Assembly (NCBI GenBank): GCA_044224905.1
Contig: JBGAJN010000001.1
Location: 204,705-268,704, forward strand
Reading direction: 5' to 3'
Source: Limisphaerales bacterium
GTDB taxonomy: Bacteria > Verrucomicrobiota > Verrucomicrobiia > Limisphaerales > JBGAJN01
DNA: 64,000 nucleotides
The notes beneath the pieces are model-generated. The model made no database searches. It saw only the letters and a program-made list of their open reading frames with translations, and was not told where the DNA came from. Below, piece by piece: positions 32,097-41,303 of this stretch (the stretch's first letter is position 1; each line of letters begins with the position of its first letter). The translations under genes and the position numbers were made by a program.

Positions 32097-33458
32097 TTAC
32101 TCGTAGCGTAGCGCCTGAATCGGGTCCAGGCGCGCAGCTTTGAAGGCGGGATAGAGTCCAGCCACCATACCGATGGCAGCGCTGAAGGCGAAAGCCATCA
32201 GCATCGCAGGCAACGTGATGACCGGCGTGTTCTCCGTCGGCGTGAGGTAGATCAGGAATTGCACCAGACCGAAGGAAGTCGCCATTCCGGCCACGCCGCC
32301 GACCACGGCGATGACGACGCTCTCGACGATCGTTTGCATGAAGATGGAAACAGGCGTCGCGCCGATAGCCTTGCGGATGCCGATCTCACGGATGCGTTCC
32401 GTGATACTCGCGAGCATGATGTTCATGATGCCGATGCCGCCGACGAGCAGGCTGATCGCGGCGATGAACCCGCCGCTGAGGCGCGCGTTGCGAATCGTCG
32501 TATTGATGCTCTCCACATTGCTTTCCTGGGTGGAGAACGTGAAGTCTTCAATCCCATTGTGCGTGACCAGCAAAACGTTGCGGGCCTGCTGCAGCGCTGC
32601 CTCCATGTGCTCAAGATCGGCAACCTTGAGATCGATGTCGCTGAGCGTGGCGTCGGGAACGTCGTTGGTGCCGGACGCGGAACGGAACCGGACCCACATC
32701 GTGTTGAGCGGAACGTAGGTGACGTAGTTCTTCAGATAATAAACGTAGCTCGAACGCCCGCCGCCGTAGCCCGGACGCCCGCGTTTGACGCCGGCCTTGG
32801 CGGGCTCGGGATTCGTCTTCGCCAGTTCGCGCAGCTTGCGATCCTTCTCGCTCTCGTAGTGCTGGAACATGCCGATGATCGTGAACTGCTGGCCGTTGAT
32901 GTTGATGCGTTCACCCACGGGATTAATTTCGCGCCCGAGATCCGCCGGCGAGCCGAACAGTTCATCGCGGATACCGGTGCCAATCACGCAAACGGCGCTT
33001 GCCTGCTCGGCATCGAGCTCGTTGAAGAAACGGCCATGCTCGAGAACGTGGAGATTCATTTCCAAAACTTCGGGCCACGCGCCGACGAACTCCGACGGGC
33101 GAACGCGCTTTTCGCCGCGCGTGAGGATGACCTTGGTGAGCGCCATCTCTGGAGAGATGAGGCGAATCAGCGGCGCGCCGCGTTTGAGCGCATAAACGTC
33201 CTTAAGCGTGCGACCTGACGCTTGGTCAGCGAGATGTTGCTGCCAGGCGGGCACTTGCTGGTCGCGGGTAAGGACCTTGTCGAGTCCCCCGAGCGCAATG
33301 AGCGCTTCCTTCATGCCGTTCTCCATGCCCTTCACGATGGCCGCCATCGCCACGAGACTCGAGACGCCGAGAATGATCCCCAGCATCGTGAGCAAGGAAC
33401 GAAACTTGTGCGCCCAGATTTCTTTGAACCCAACGAGGATGGAGTTGAACAGGTTCAT
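32097..33458 (-). CDS. MacB-type ABC transporter permease (FtsX-like)
   Basis: The start is set at ATG 33458 (MNLFNSILVGFKEIWAHKFRSLLTMLGI), overlapping the upstream stop by ATGA. The C-terminus has 'GGIGIMNIMLASITERIREIGIRKAIGA'. The long N-terminal extension in the ORF track is spurious. Confidence 0.85.
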   Translation of the reverse strand: MNLFNSILVGFKEIWAHKFRSLLTMLGIILGVSSLVAMAAIVKGMENGMKEALIALGGLDKVLTRDQQVPAWQQHLADQASGRTLKDVYALKRGAPLIRLISPEMALTKVILTRGEKRVRPSEFVGAWPEVLEMNLHVLEHGRFFNELDAEQASAVCVIGTGIRDELFGSPADLGREINPVGERININGQQFTIIGMFQHYESEKDRKLRELAKTNPEPAKAGVKRGRPGYGGGRSSYVYYLKNYVTYVPLNTMWVRFRSASGTNDVPDATLSDIDLKVADLEHMEAALQQARNVLLVTHNGIEDFTFSTQESNVESINTTIRNARLSGGFIAAISLLVGGIGIMNIMLASITERIREIGIRKAIGATPVSIFMQTIVESVVIAVVGGVAGMATSFGLVQFLIYLTPTENTPVITLPAMLMAFAFSAAIGMVAGLYPAFKAARLDPIQALRYE

Positions 33459-34840
33459 TCGTAACGCAGCGCTTGAATCGGATTCAACCGCGCGGCTTTG
33501 AACGCCGGGAAAATTCCCGCCAGAATTCCGACGCCGACGCTGAAACCAAACGCCATGACCAACGACGACACCGTGATCACCGGCGTATTGTCTGTGGGCG
33601 AAATGGTTGCCAGCACCTTCACAAGCAGATTGGAAGTCATCAGGCCGACGATGCCGCCAAGGATCGCAATAACCACGCTCTCGATGAGCACCTGGATGAA
33701 CACGTCCGAAAACGAAGCGCCGATGGCTTTGCGAATGCCGATCTCGCGCATCCGCTCGGTGATGCTCGCGAGCATGATGTTCATGATGCCGATGCCGCCC
33801 ACGAGCAGGCTGATCGCCGAGATGATGCCGCCACTCAAACGCGAGTTGCGGATCGAGGAGTTGATCGTGTCTGCCCACGTCTCCTGAGTGCGGAAGGAAA
33901 AGTCCTCGATGCCACGGTGCGTGTGCATGAGAACGTTGCGCGTCTGCTGCAACGCGTTCTCGAACTCGTCGAGATTACCAACCTTGATCGAGAGGCCGGA
34001 GAGGCGCGCGTCGGGCGTGTTGTTCGTGCCGGTGCTGGCGCGGAACTTCAGCCACATCGTGTTCAACGGAATGTAAACCGTGTTGTTCTTCAACTCGAAG
34101 ATGTAGCTGCTACTGCTGCTGCGCATCGTGGTGCGGCGCGAAGCGGGCCTGCCGCGTTTCGACTTGCTTGCCACTTCCACCGGCGGCAACGGTTTACCCT
34201 TCTCAAGCTCGCGCTTCTTCTTGTCCTGCTCGCTCTCGTAATGTTCGAACATCCCGATGATGCGAAACCGCACGCCATTAATCGTGATTTGTTCGCCAAT
34301 CGGAATCACCTCGCGACCGAGCTCCTTCGGCGAGCCGAACAACGCATCGCGCGTGGCGGTGCCGATGACGCAAACGTTGCGCGCCAGATCGTCGTCGATC
34401 TCGTTGAACATGCGGCCATGGGCGACCACGTGTTGGTTCATTTCAAGCGCGCTCGGCCAGGTGCCAACGAAGTAATAGGGATTAAAAATGCGATCGTCGT
34501 GAATCATCGTCACCGTACGCAAACGCATCTCGGGCATGACGAGTTGAATCAACGGCGCGCTGCGCTGAAGCGCGTAGACGTCCGACATCGTGCAGCCAAC
34601 AGCTTCCTCTGCGAGGTGATGCTGCCACACCGGCACGTCCTGCTCCTCGATGCGGACCTTTTCCAAACCACCAATCGCGATGAGCGCCTCGCGCATGCCG
34701 TTTTCCATGCCTTTGGTCAGAGCCGCCATGGCGACGAGACTCGCGACGCCGAGCACGATGCCCAGCATGGTGAGCGCCGAGCGAAATTTGTTCGCCCAGA
34801 TTTCCTTGAACCCAATGCTGATCGCATTCCCAAAGTTCAT
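33455..34840 (-). CDS. MacB-type ABC transporter permease (FtsX-like), paralogue of the downstream gene
   Basis: 'MNFGNAISIGFKEIWANKFRSALTMLGI' and 'GGIGIMNIMLASITERMREIGIRKAIGA'. It has a 4-nt overlap with the ATPase gene. Confidence 0.85.
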   Translation of the reverse strand: MNFGNAISIGFKEIWANKFRSALTMLGIVLGVASLVAMAALTKGMENGMREALIAIGGLEKVRIEEQDVPVWQHHLAEEAVGCTMSDVYALQRSAPLIQLVMPEMRLRTVTMIHDDRIFNPYYFVGTWPSALEMNQHVVAHGRMFNEIDDDLARNVCVIGTATRDALFGSPKELGREVIPIGEQITINGVRFRIIGMFEHYESEQDKKKRELEKGKPLPPVEVASKSKRGRPASRRTTMRSSSSSYIFELKNNTVYIPLNTMWLKFRASTGTNNTPDARLSGLSIKVGNLDEFENALQQTRNVLMHTHRGIEDFSFRTQETWADTINSSIRNSRLSGGIISAISLLVGGIGIMNIMLASITERMREIGIRKAIGASFSDVFIQVLIESVVIAILGGIVGLMTSNLLVKVLATISPTDNTPVITVSSLVMAFGFSVGVGILAGIFPAFKAARLNPIQALRYE

Positions 34841-35565
34841 GACTTCGGAAGCGAGAATTTCGGCGCGTCGCCGAGGCCGGCGAGTTTCGTGTCCACGTTC
34901 TTGGCGATTTTGCCGTCGCGGATTTCGATGCGGCGCGGCGTCACGGCGGCGATCTCCGGATCGTGCGTTACGAGCGCAATCGTGCGGCCTTCGGTGCTGA
35001 GCTTGTGGAAGAGTTGCAGGATCGCTTCGCCGGTGTGCGAATCGAGATTACCCGTGGGCTCGTCGGCGAAAACGATTTTCGGATTATTCACCAACGCGCG
35101 CGCAATCGCGGTGCGCTGTTGCTGACCGCCGGAGAGCTGCATCGGCCGGTGCTTTGCGCGGTTGTCCATCCCGACCATTTGCAATGCGGCCATCGCGCGG
35201 TCACGACGCTCGCGCGCCGAGGCACCCGCGTAAACCATCGGTAGCTCGACGTTTTGAAGGACGGTCAATTTCGGCAGCAGATTGAAGAACTGGAACACGA
35301 AGCCGATCTTCTGATTCCGAATGCGCGCCAACTCACGCGGCGTGGCGTCCTGAATCATCGTGCCGTCGAGCTTGATCGTGCCTTTGCTTGGCGAATCGAG
35401 GCAGCCGAGGATGTGCATCAACGTGGACTTGCCGCTGCCGGACGGGCCGATGATCGAGATGAACTCGCCGCCGTCGATGTCGAGCGTGAGATCGTCGAGC
35501 GCGCGGATTTCCTCGCCGCCGAGGTGATAGATTTTGCTGACGTTGCGGAGTTCGGCCAGGGGCAT
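34837..35565 (-). CDS. ABC transporter ATP-binding protein (MacB/LolD type)
   Basis: Walker A 'GPSGSGKST', signature 'LSGGQQQRTAIARAL' and Walker B 'IVFADEPTGNLD'. Confidence 0.95.
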   Translation of the reverse strand: MPLAELRNVSKIYHLGGEEIRALDDLTLDIDGGEFISIIGPSGSGKSTLMHILGCLDSPSKGTIKLDGTMIQDATPRELARIRNQKIGFVFQFFNLLPKLTVLQNVELPMVYAGASARERRDRAMAALQMVGMDNRAKHRPMQLSGGQQQRTAIARALVNNPKIVFADEPTGNLDSHTGEAILQLFHKLSTEGRTIALVTHDPEIAAVTPRRIEIRDGKIAKNVDTKLAGLGDAPKFSLPKS

Positions 35566-35577
35566 GACGCGAGAGAG

Positions 35578-36822
35578 TTACTTGCCAGCCGCCGTCGTCG
35601 CCGTATCGCCGGGCTTGGCAACTTTCTTGGCGGTTTTCTTCTTCGCATCCTTGCCGTCTTTCTTCACGGGAGGCTTCGCAAACGCACCGGCCGGTTTGAC
35701 GATTCCTTCTTCGGCAGGCGCCACGAGGGAAACGGTTTCGCCGCCCTTTAAGCCACTCACGACTTCGGCAAAGTCATAATCCGCCACGCCGATTTGAATC
35801 GGCGTCCGCGCCCACTTCACTTCGTCGTCCTCGTCCTGCGTGGGTTGCTTCACGTAAACGAAGCGATCGCCCTGCTCGGAGAACACGGCGGCCAGCGGAA
35901 CAGCGAGCGCGTTCTCCACGGCGGCCAACGGAATGGTGAGATTCGCCGTCATGCCGGGGCGGACTTGCTTGTCGGCGTTGCGGAGCAGGATACGCGTGGC
36001 AAACCCCTTAATGCCGAGTTTCACCGTTGCCTGAGGGGCGATGCGGTCGACGTTGCCAATGAGCTTGAGGCCGGGCACGGCTTCGACTTCGATTTCGACT
36101 TTCTGATTCGGCGTCAGACGCGTCACGTCGGCTTGGTTGATGTGCGCATTGATGATCATCTCGGTGAGATTCGCGATGGTGAGGACTTCCGTGCCGCTGT
36201 TGACACCGCTCGCGCCAGACACCGCCTGCCCAACGGACACCGGGCGCGTAAGCACTGTGCAATCAAATGGCGCCACGATCTTCGTGCGAGAGAGTTTGTC
36301 TTCGAGCTGCTTGAGGTCGTTCATCGCGCGTTCGAGCGAGTTCTTGGCGAGTTCAAACTCCGTCTTGGTGTTCTCGAACAGCTCCTGCGAGACGAGTTTG
36401 TTTTCGAAGAGCTCCTTGCTGCGATCGAAATTGCGCTTGGCACGATCAAGCTGGAGCTTGGCCCCGTCGATTTCGGTGAGCCGCGAAGTCCGTTCAATCT
36501 GCAAATCACGATCGTCGAGTGTGAACAGGATTTTGTCCTTCTTGACGACGTCACCGATGTCCACCGGCAGGTCCGCAATGCGTCCGCTGATTTCCGGACG
36601 CACCGAAACCTGATCGGCCGGACCTATGTCACCCGCCGCCGTGACGGCAAAACTAATGTCGCGCGGCGTGACTACCGCCGTGGTCGGCCGGCTCGCGGCC
36701 TTGGGGGCGCCGGCGTCCGCTGACTTGAGGAACGGAAATTTCTCCGGCCACTTCTTTGCGGCCATCCAGCCACCACCCGCAAGCGCGAGCAGCAAAACCA
36801 CCGAGACAATCAGTTTATTCAT
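35578..36822 (-). CDS. Efflux transporter periplasmic adaptor (HlyD/MacA membrane-fusion family)
   Basis: The start is set at ATG 36822 (MNKLIVSVVLLLALAGGGW). It has a lipoyl-like region, a coiled-coil hairpin and beta-barrel segments ('VSVRPEISGRI', 'IVAPFDCTV'). It is the first gene of the adaptor-ATPase-permease-permease operon. Confidence 0.85.
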   Translation of the reverse strand: MNKLIVSVVLLLALAGGGWMAAKKWPEKFPFLKSADAGAPKAASRPTTAVVTPRDISFAVTAAGDIGPADQVSVRPEISGRIADLPVDIGDVVKKDKILFTLDDRDLQIERTSRLTEIDGAKLQLDRAKRNFDRSKELFENKLVSQELFENTKTEFELAKNSLERAMNDLKQLEDKLSRTKIVAPFDCTVLTRPVSVGQAVSGASGVNSGTEVLTIANLTEMIINAHINQADVTRLTPNQKVEIEVEAVPGLKLIGNVDRIAPQATVKLGIKGFATRILLRNADKQVRPGMTANLTIPLAAVENALAVPLAAVFSEQGDRFVYVKQPTQDEDDEVKWARTPIQIGVADYDFAEVVSGLKGGETVSLVAPAEEGIVKPAGAFAKPPVKKDGKDAKKKTAKKVAKPGDTATTAAGK

Positions 36823-37022
36823 TCGTGAATCGCGGCAGGATAGGACGCTCACCGAGCCGATGCAAATGCCGAGATGAAAAATTGGACGCAGTTCACGCGA
36901 GTGACCGCGAATGTTTTTTCCGATTCACGTCGACATTGGCAGCTGTCAGCATTCACCCGAACAACCGCGCTCTCGCCGACGTCGGATAAAGCTGACACCA
37001 TTGGCCGCACAATAAACCACCC

Positions 37023-38501
37023 ATGCAACGCTTACCTGTTCTGCTCCTGCTGTTGACGCCGCTCTTCGCCGGCGCGGCGGATTCCAAGCTCGTCACTGAC
37101 ACGAAAGCAGCCCTCGCCAAGGCCACTGCCTACATGCGAGCGATTTCGACCGAGGGCGGCTATTTGTGGAAATACTCGCTCGATCTGAAAGAACGCGCCG
37201 GCGAAGTTAAAGCCACGGCAACTCAAGTTTGGATTCAACCGCCGGGTACGCCGACGATGGGGAGGGCATTTCTGCGAGCGTACGAGGCGACGAAAGACGC
37301 GCGGTACCTCGACGCCGCCAAAGCCGCCGGCGATGCGCTCGCCAAGGGGCAAGTTGAATCCGGCGGCTGGGATTACCTGATCGATTTCGACTCCGCGAAA
37401 ATGGCGCTCTCTTATTTGCGCACCGATCGCGGGAAGCTCTCCACCGACCAGATTGCCAAGCGGAAGAATCTTTCCACCTTCGACGACAACAACACGCAAA
37501 GCGCGATCCGCTTCCTGCTCGCCCTGGCCGACGCCATGAAAGGTCCGGGCGACGCCCGCGATGCGCGAATCCGCGAAGCCCTTGATTACGGGTTGAAGAA
37601 GATGATCGAGGCGCAATACCCCAACGGCGCCTGGCCGCAACGCTGGCGCGGCGAACCACACACGACGAATGATTTTCCCGTAGTCAAGGCGCGCTACCCG
37701 GCGAACTATCCCCGTGAATATCCCAAGGTAAACTACTTCGCCCACTACACTCTCAACGACAACGCCCATCTCGACTGCATCGAAACGATGCTCGATGCTT
37801 TTCACCGCACGGGCCAACGCGAGTATCTCGACGCCGCCCGGCGCGGCGGTGATTTCCTGATTCTCGCACAGATGCCCGAGCCGCAACCGATTTGGGCGCA
37901 GCAATACAACGCACAAATGGAGCCCGCGTGGGCGCGGGCGTTCGAGCCGCCCAGCGTCACCGGCGACGAAAGCGTCGGCGCAATGCAGGCGTTGATGGAT
38001 CTCTATGTTGAGACGGGCGAGGAGAAATTTCTCAAACCGCTGCCCGCAGCCATCGCGTGGTTCAAACGCAGCGAGATCGCCCCGGGCAGATGGGCGCGCT
38101 ACTACGAACTCCAAACCAACAAGCAACTCTTCGGCGATCGCGACGGGAAGATTTACTATCGCCTGCAGGACATCAGCGAGGAACGCCAGCACGGTTACAG
38201 CTGGCAGGGTGATTACCATGCTCCACGAATGCTGGCGTTTTACGAAAAACTCCAAAGCAAGGGCCGCGAAGCTTTGCAGAAAGAAGGCTCGGCGAAGACC
38301 ACGAAGAAAAAGAGACCGTCTTCCGCCAAGTCGCTCGAACCGCACGTCCGCGAAATCATCGCCGCGCTCGACGGGGAAGGACGCTGGGTGGTGAAAGGTC
38401 ACGCCAAGCATCGCAACTGGGAATTCAACGACCGCGTGGACACCGAGCTGTTCGTCAAGAACGTCGCCGTGCTGTGCGAGTATTTGGACGCCGCGAAGTA
38501 G
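37023..38501 (+). CDS. Secreted alpha/alpha-barrel protein, PL10 pectate-lyase-like (PelA/Pel-15E-like)
   Basis: Signal peptide MQRLPVLLLLLTPLFAGA. 'GGYLWKYS', 'STFDDNNTQSAIRFLLAL' and 'QYPNGAWPQRW' resemble PL10 motifs as I recall them. This was not verified. Confidence 0.55.
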   Translation: MQRLPVLLLLLTPLFAGAADSKLVTDTKAALAKATAYMRAISTEGGYLWKYSLDLKERAGEVKATATQVWIQPPGTPTMGRAFLRAYEATKDARYLDAAKAAGDALAKGQVESGGWDYLIDFDSAKMALSYLRTDRGKLSTDQIAKRKNLSTFDDNNTQSAIRFLLALADAMKGPGDARDARIREALDYGLKKMIEAQYPNGAWPQRWRGEPHTTNDFPVVKARYPANYPREYPKVNYFAHYTLNDNAHLDCIETMLDAFHRTGQREYLDAARRGGDFLILAQMPEPQPIWAQQYNAQMEPAWARAFEPPSVTGDESVGAMQALMDLYVETGEEKFLKPLPAAIAWFKRSEIAPGRWARYYELQTNKQLFGDRDGKIYYRLQDISEERQHGYSWQGDYHAPRMLAFYEKLQSKGREALQKEGSAKTTKKKRPSSAKSLEPHVREIIAALDGEGRWVVKGHAKHRNWEFNDRVDTELFVKNVAVLCEYLDAAK

Positions 38502-38580
38502 CCGGCGCCACGGTCAGCCATGCGCTCGGAGCACGTTGGCTAGCGACATCCACAGCGTGGTCGGGTAAGCTTCGGCTGTA

Positions 38581-39807
38581 ATGCGTCGCGTTTACCTCGA
38601 TCATCATGCCGCCACTCCGGTTCTACCGGAGGTGTTCGATGCGATGCGCCCCTACTTCACCGAAGCGTTTGGCAGCGCGTCGTCGATTCATCAGCACGGA
38701 CTTCGCGCCCGCGATGCGCTGGCGAATGCGCGTGAACAACTCGCCCGGCTGATCAACGCCTCGTCTCACGAGGAAATCATCTTCACGTCCGGCGGCACCG
38801 AATCCGCAAATCTCGCGATCAAAGGCGTGGCTTATGCCAACCAACGCCGCCGCAATCACCTCATCGTCAGCGCCACCGAGCATCCGTCGGTGCTGAACTC
38901 CGTCGAATTCCTCGCACAGCGAGGCTTAACCGTCACGCGCGTTCCAGTCGATGGCGAAGGGTTCGTTGATCCCGCCGCCATCCGCGCGGCGATCACGGAT
39001 CAAACCATCCTGATCGCGGTGCATCACGCGAATCACGAAGTCGGCGCGATCGAACCCATCCGCGAGATCGGCGCGCTCGCCGGCGAACGCGGCATCGCGT
39101 TCTTCGTCGATGCGACAGCGAGCGGTGGCTGGCTGCCAATCGATGTCCAAGCGATGGGCGCGAGTTTGCTCTCGTTGTCGCCGCATCGTTTCTATGGGCC
39201 GAAAGGTGTGGGCGTGCTGTATCGCCACCGCCGCGCGCGATTGGTCGGCGTGCAACACGGCGGCGATCAGGAAGGTGGTCGGCGCGCCGGGACGGAAAAT
39301 ATTCCGGCCATTGTCGGCGCAGGTGTCGCGGCGGAAATTGCCGCGCGCGAATTGCCCAAACGGATGGAGCACACGGCGAAGCTGCAGGTGCAATTGTGGG
39401 ACGCCATCGCCACGAACATCGAATTCCTCCGCTTGAACGGCCCGCCGCCGGGGGCGCGCCGGATGCCGACGAATCTCAACATCAGCTTCGAGTTCGTTGA
39501 AGGCGAAGGTTTGGCGCTGATGCTCGACATGAATGGCATCGCGGTGGAGAGCGGTCCGGCATGCGTCACGAAGTCGTTGAAGATCTCGCCGACGCTCACA
39601 GCCATCGGCCTCGCACCGGAACTGGCCAAGGGCAATCTCCTGTTCTCACTCGGGCAGGACAATTCCGCTGAAGACATCGATTGCACGGCGCACGCCCTCG
39701 CCAAAGCCGTGGCAAAATTACGCGCGATGTCGCCGTCGTGGGACGAGTTCCAACGCGGCGGCGTGGATTCGTTGACGCGACCGCGCACCTCGCAGCCGCA
39801 GCGATAG
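38581..39807 (+). CDS. NifS/IscS-like class V aminotransferase-fold protein with Arg in place of the PLP-binding Lys
   Basis: 'FTSGGTESANLAIKG', 'SATEHPSVL', 'FVDATAS' and 'SLSPHRFYGPKGVGVLY' (the canonical motif is S-x-H-K). The active-site loop 'ESGPACVT' is retained. Confidence 0.85.
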   Translation: MRRVYLDHHAATPVLPEVFDAMRPYFTEAFGSASSIHQHGLRARDALANAREQLARLINASSHEEIIFTSGGTESANLAIKGVAYANQRRRNHLIVSATEHPSVLNSVEFLAQRGLTVTRVPVDGEGFVDPAAIRAAITDQTILIAVHHANHEVGAIEPIREIGALAGERGIAFFVDATASGGWLPIDVQAMGASLLSLSPHRFYGPKGVGVLYRHRRARLVGVQHGGDQEGGRRAGTENIPAIVGAGVAAEIAARELPKRMEHTAKLQVQLWDAIATNIEFLRLNGPPPGARRMPTNLNISFEFVEGEGLALMLDMNGIAVESGPACVTKSLKISPTLTAIGLAPELAKGNLLFSLGQDNSAEDIDCTAHALAKAVAKLRAMSPSWDEFQRGGVDSLTRPRTSQPQR

Positions 39808-39850
39808 TTTGCTAATTTCCAAAAATGTCGGAAGCTCCGCGCTCGAATTT

Positions 39851-40897
39851 ATGTTGAACGAAGAGTCCATTAAGAACGCGCTCAAGGCGGTGAAATATCC
39901 CGGCTACTCGCGCGATATTATTTCCTTTGGTTTGCTGAAGCAGATCGTGATTCGCGACGACGCGGTCGGCGTGTTGCTCCAGTTGACCACGAGCTCAGCC
40001 GAGACTGCGCTGCAGATCAAACACGACGCTGAGCAGGTCTTGCGCGCGCTGCCCGGCGTGAAGTTCGCTGATGTGGACGTCCGCACCGCTGCAGCCGCCA
40101 GCTCGGCGCCCGCTGCCGCCGTGAAGCAAGGTGTACCCGGCATTCAACGTGTCATTGCAATCGCCAGCGGCAAGGGCGGCGTGGGCAAGTCCACCGTTTC
40201 GGTGAACCTCGCGTGCGGTCTCGCGAAACTCGGCGCGAAGGTCGGCCTGCTCGATTGCGACATTTACGGACCGAGCATTCCGCTGATGATGGGCATCAAC
40301 GAGAAGCCAACTTTGACGCCCGATGAATCGCGACTCGTCCCGCCGACGAATCACGGCGTGAAGTTGATGAGCATGGGTTTCCTGCTCGAAGGTGACCAGC
40401 CGGTGATCTGGCGTGGGCCGATGATTCAGAAGACGATCCAGCAATTCGTAAATCAAGTTGCGTGGGGCGAATTGGATTTCCTGCTCGTCGATCTGCCGCC
40501 GGGCACGGGCGACGCGCAATTGTCACTGTGTCAGACCGTTCCGCTGGACGGCGGCGTGATCGTGACCACGCCTCAAGAGGCTTCGCTCGGTGTCGTGCGC
40601 AAAGGCATCGCGATGTTCCAAAAGGTGAACGTGCCCATCCTCGGCATCGTGGAAAACATGAGCTACTTCGTGACGCCGAACGGCGAAAGGGTCGAAATTT
40701 TCGGTCACGGCGGCGGTCGCAGCGAAGCCGAAAGGCAACATGTGGCATTTCTCGGTGAAGTGCCCTTGTTCACGGAGATCCGGATCGGTGGCGATCGCGG
40801 CATTCCGGTGGTCGTCAGCGGGTCGGAAGCCCCGTGGGGACAGGCTTTCCTCAACGTCGCGAAGGCTTTGCGCACGCAATTTAGTCCGGCTTCCTGA
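39851..40897 (+). CDS. apbC: Mrp/NBP35 (ApbC) family Fe-S cluster carrier ATPase
   Basis: ATG 39851 is preferred over TTG 39809. There is an N-terminal DUF59-like 'IKNALKAVKYPGYSRDIISFGL', a deviant Walker A 'SGKGGVGKSTVSVNLA', and 'DLPPGTGD'. Confidence 0.9.
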   Translation: MLNEESIKNALKAVKYPGYSRDIISFGLLKQIVIRDDAVGVLLQLTTSSAETALQIKHDAEQVLRALPGVKFADVDVRTAAAASSAPAAAVKQGVPGIQRVIAIASGKGGVGKSTVSVNLACGLAKLGAKVGLLDCDIYGPSIPLMMGINEKPTLTPDESRLVPPTNHGVKLMSMGFLLEGDQPVIWRGPMIQKTIQQFVNQVAWGELDFLLVDLPPGTGDAQLSLCQTVPLDGGVIVTTPQEASLGVVRKGIAMFQKVNVPILGIVENMSYFVTPNGERVEIFGHGGGRSEAERQHVAFLGEVPLFTEIRIGGDRGIPVVVSGSEAPWGQAFLNVAKALRTQFSPAS

Positions 40898-40984
40898 TGC
40901 CGATATTTTCATTGTCATGTTGGGCACGGATGATAGATTCGAGCCACGTTCCGCGATCCATTAAACGCTTAATCAGATTCAACA

Positions 40985-41203
40985 ATGAGCACTTCGCCGA
41001 CCGGCAATGATTTGTTGAAGAACTCCAACCTCTACCGCGAATTTCAAGCGGAGCGGGAGGAGATTCTGAAGCACAAGTGGATTGAATCCGAGAAACTTGG
41101 CTACGACATCGGCTTCGAAAAAGCTCTGACCGACTGGATCGTGAAGCACCGCTCGAAGTGGCGGCAAAACCGGAATAAAGATAAAGAAAACCGCGACAAC
41201 TAA
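40985..41203 (+). CDS. Small conserved-looking hypothetical protein with a basic tail
   Basis: 72 aa with an ATG start. The motif 'ILKHKWIESEKLGYDIGFEKALTDWIVKH' resembles a short module I have seen in other phyla, but I cannot name the family with confidence. Confidence 0.45.
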   Translation: MSTSPTGNDLLKNSNLYREFQAEREEILKHKWIESEKLGYDIGFEKALTDWIVKHRSKWRQNRNKDKENRDN

Positions 41204-41209
41204 ACCCTG

Positions 41210-41243
41210 TTCCTTTAAGCGATCCTGCGAGGTCGGCAAGGAA
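41210..41243 (+). promoter_or_regulatory. Candidate PyrR-binding RNA hairpin (anti-antiterminator)
   Basis: UUCCUUUAAGCGAUCCUGCGAGGUCGGCAAGGAA has closing stem UCCUU/AAGGA. Its loop resembles the Bacillus PyrR binding loop (CCUUUAA...UCCAGAGAGG...AAGG). Confidence 0.6.
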
Positions 41244-41265
41244 ATGAAATAGACCCAACACTTTC

Positions 41266-41303
41266 ACCGAAACGGATCCGCATGGACCGGTTTCGGTTTT
41301 TTT
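41266..41303 (+). terminator. Intrinsic terminator immediately upstream of the pyrR start codon (attenuator)
   Basis: ACCGAAACGG-atccgcatgga-CCGGTTTCGGT is followed by TTTTTTT and runs directly into ATG 41304. Confidence 0.75.

Noticed and set aside
32097-33878. N-terminal extensions in the ORF track: 140 extra residues on the ABC permease, and similar extensions on 2281-2868, 7123-8511, 12841-13530, 14284-16008, 46052-47971, 52015-53397 and 57222-58436
   Set aside because: The extensions overlap the upstream gene and are His/Arg-rich. Internal starts give canonical N-termini (signal peptides, Rossmann motifs) and ATGA or short-gap junctions with the neighbouring genes.
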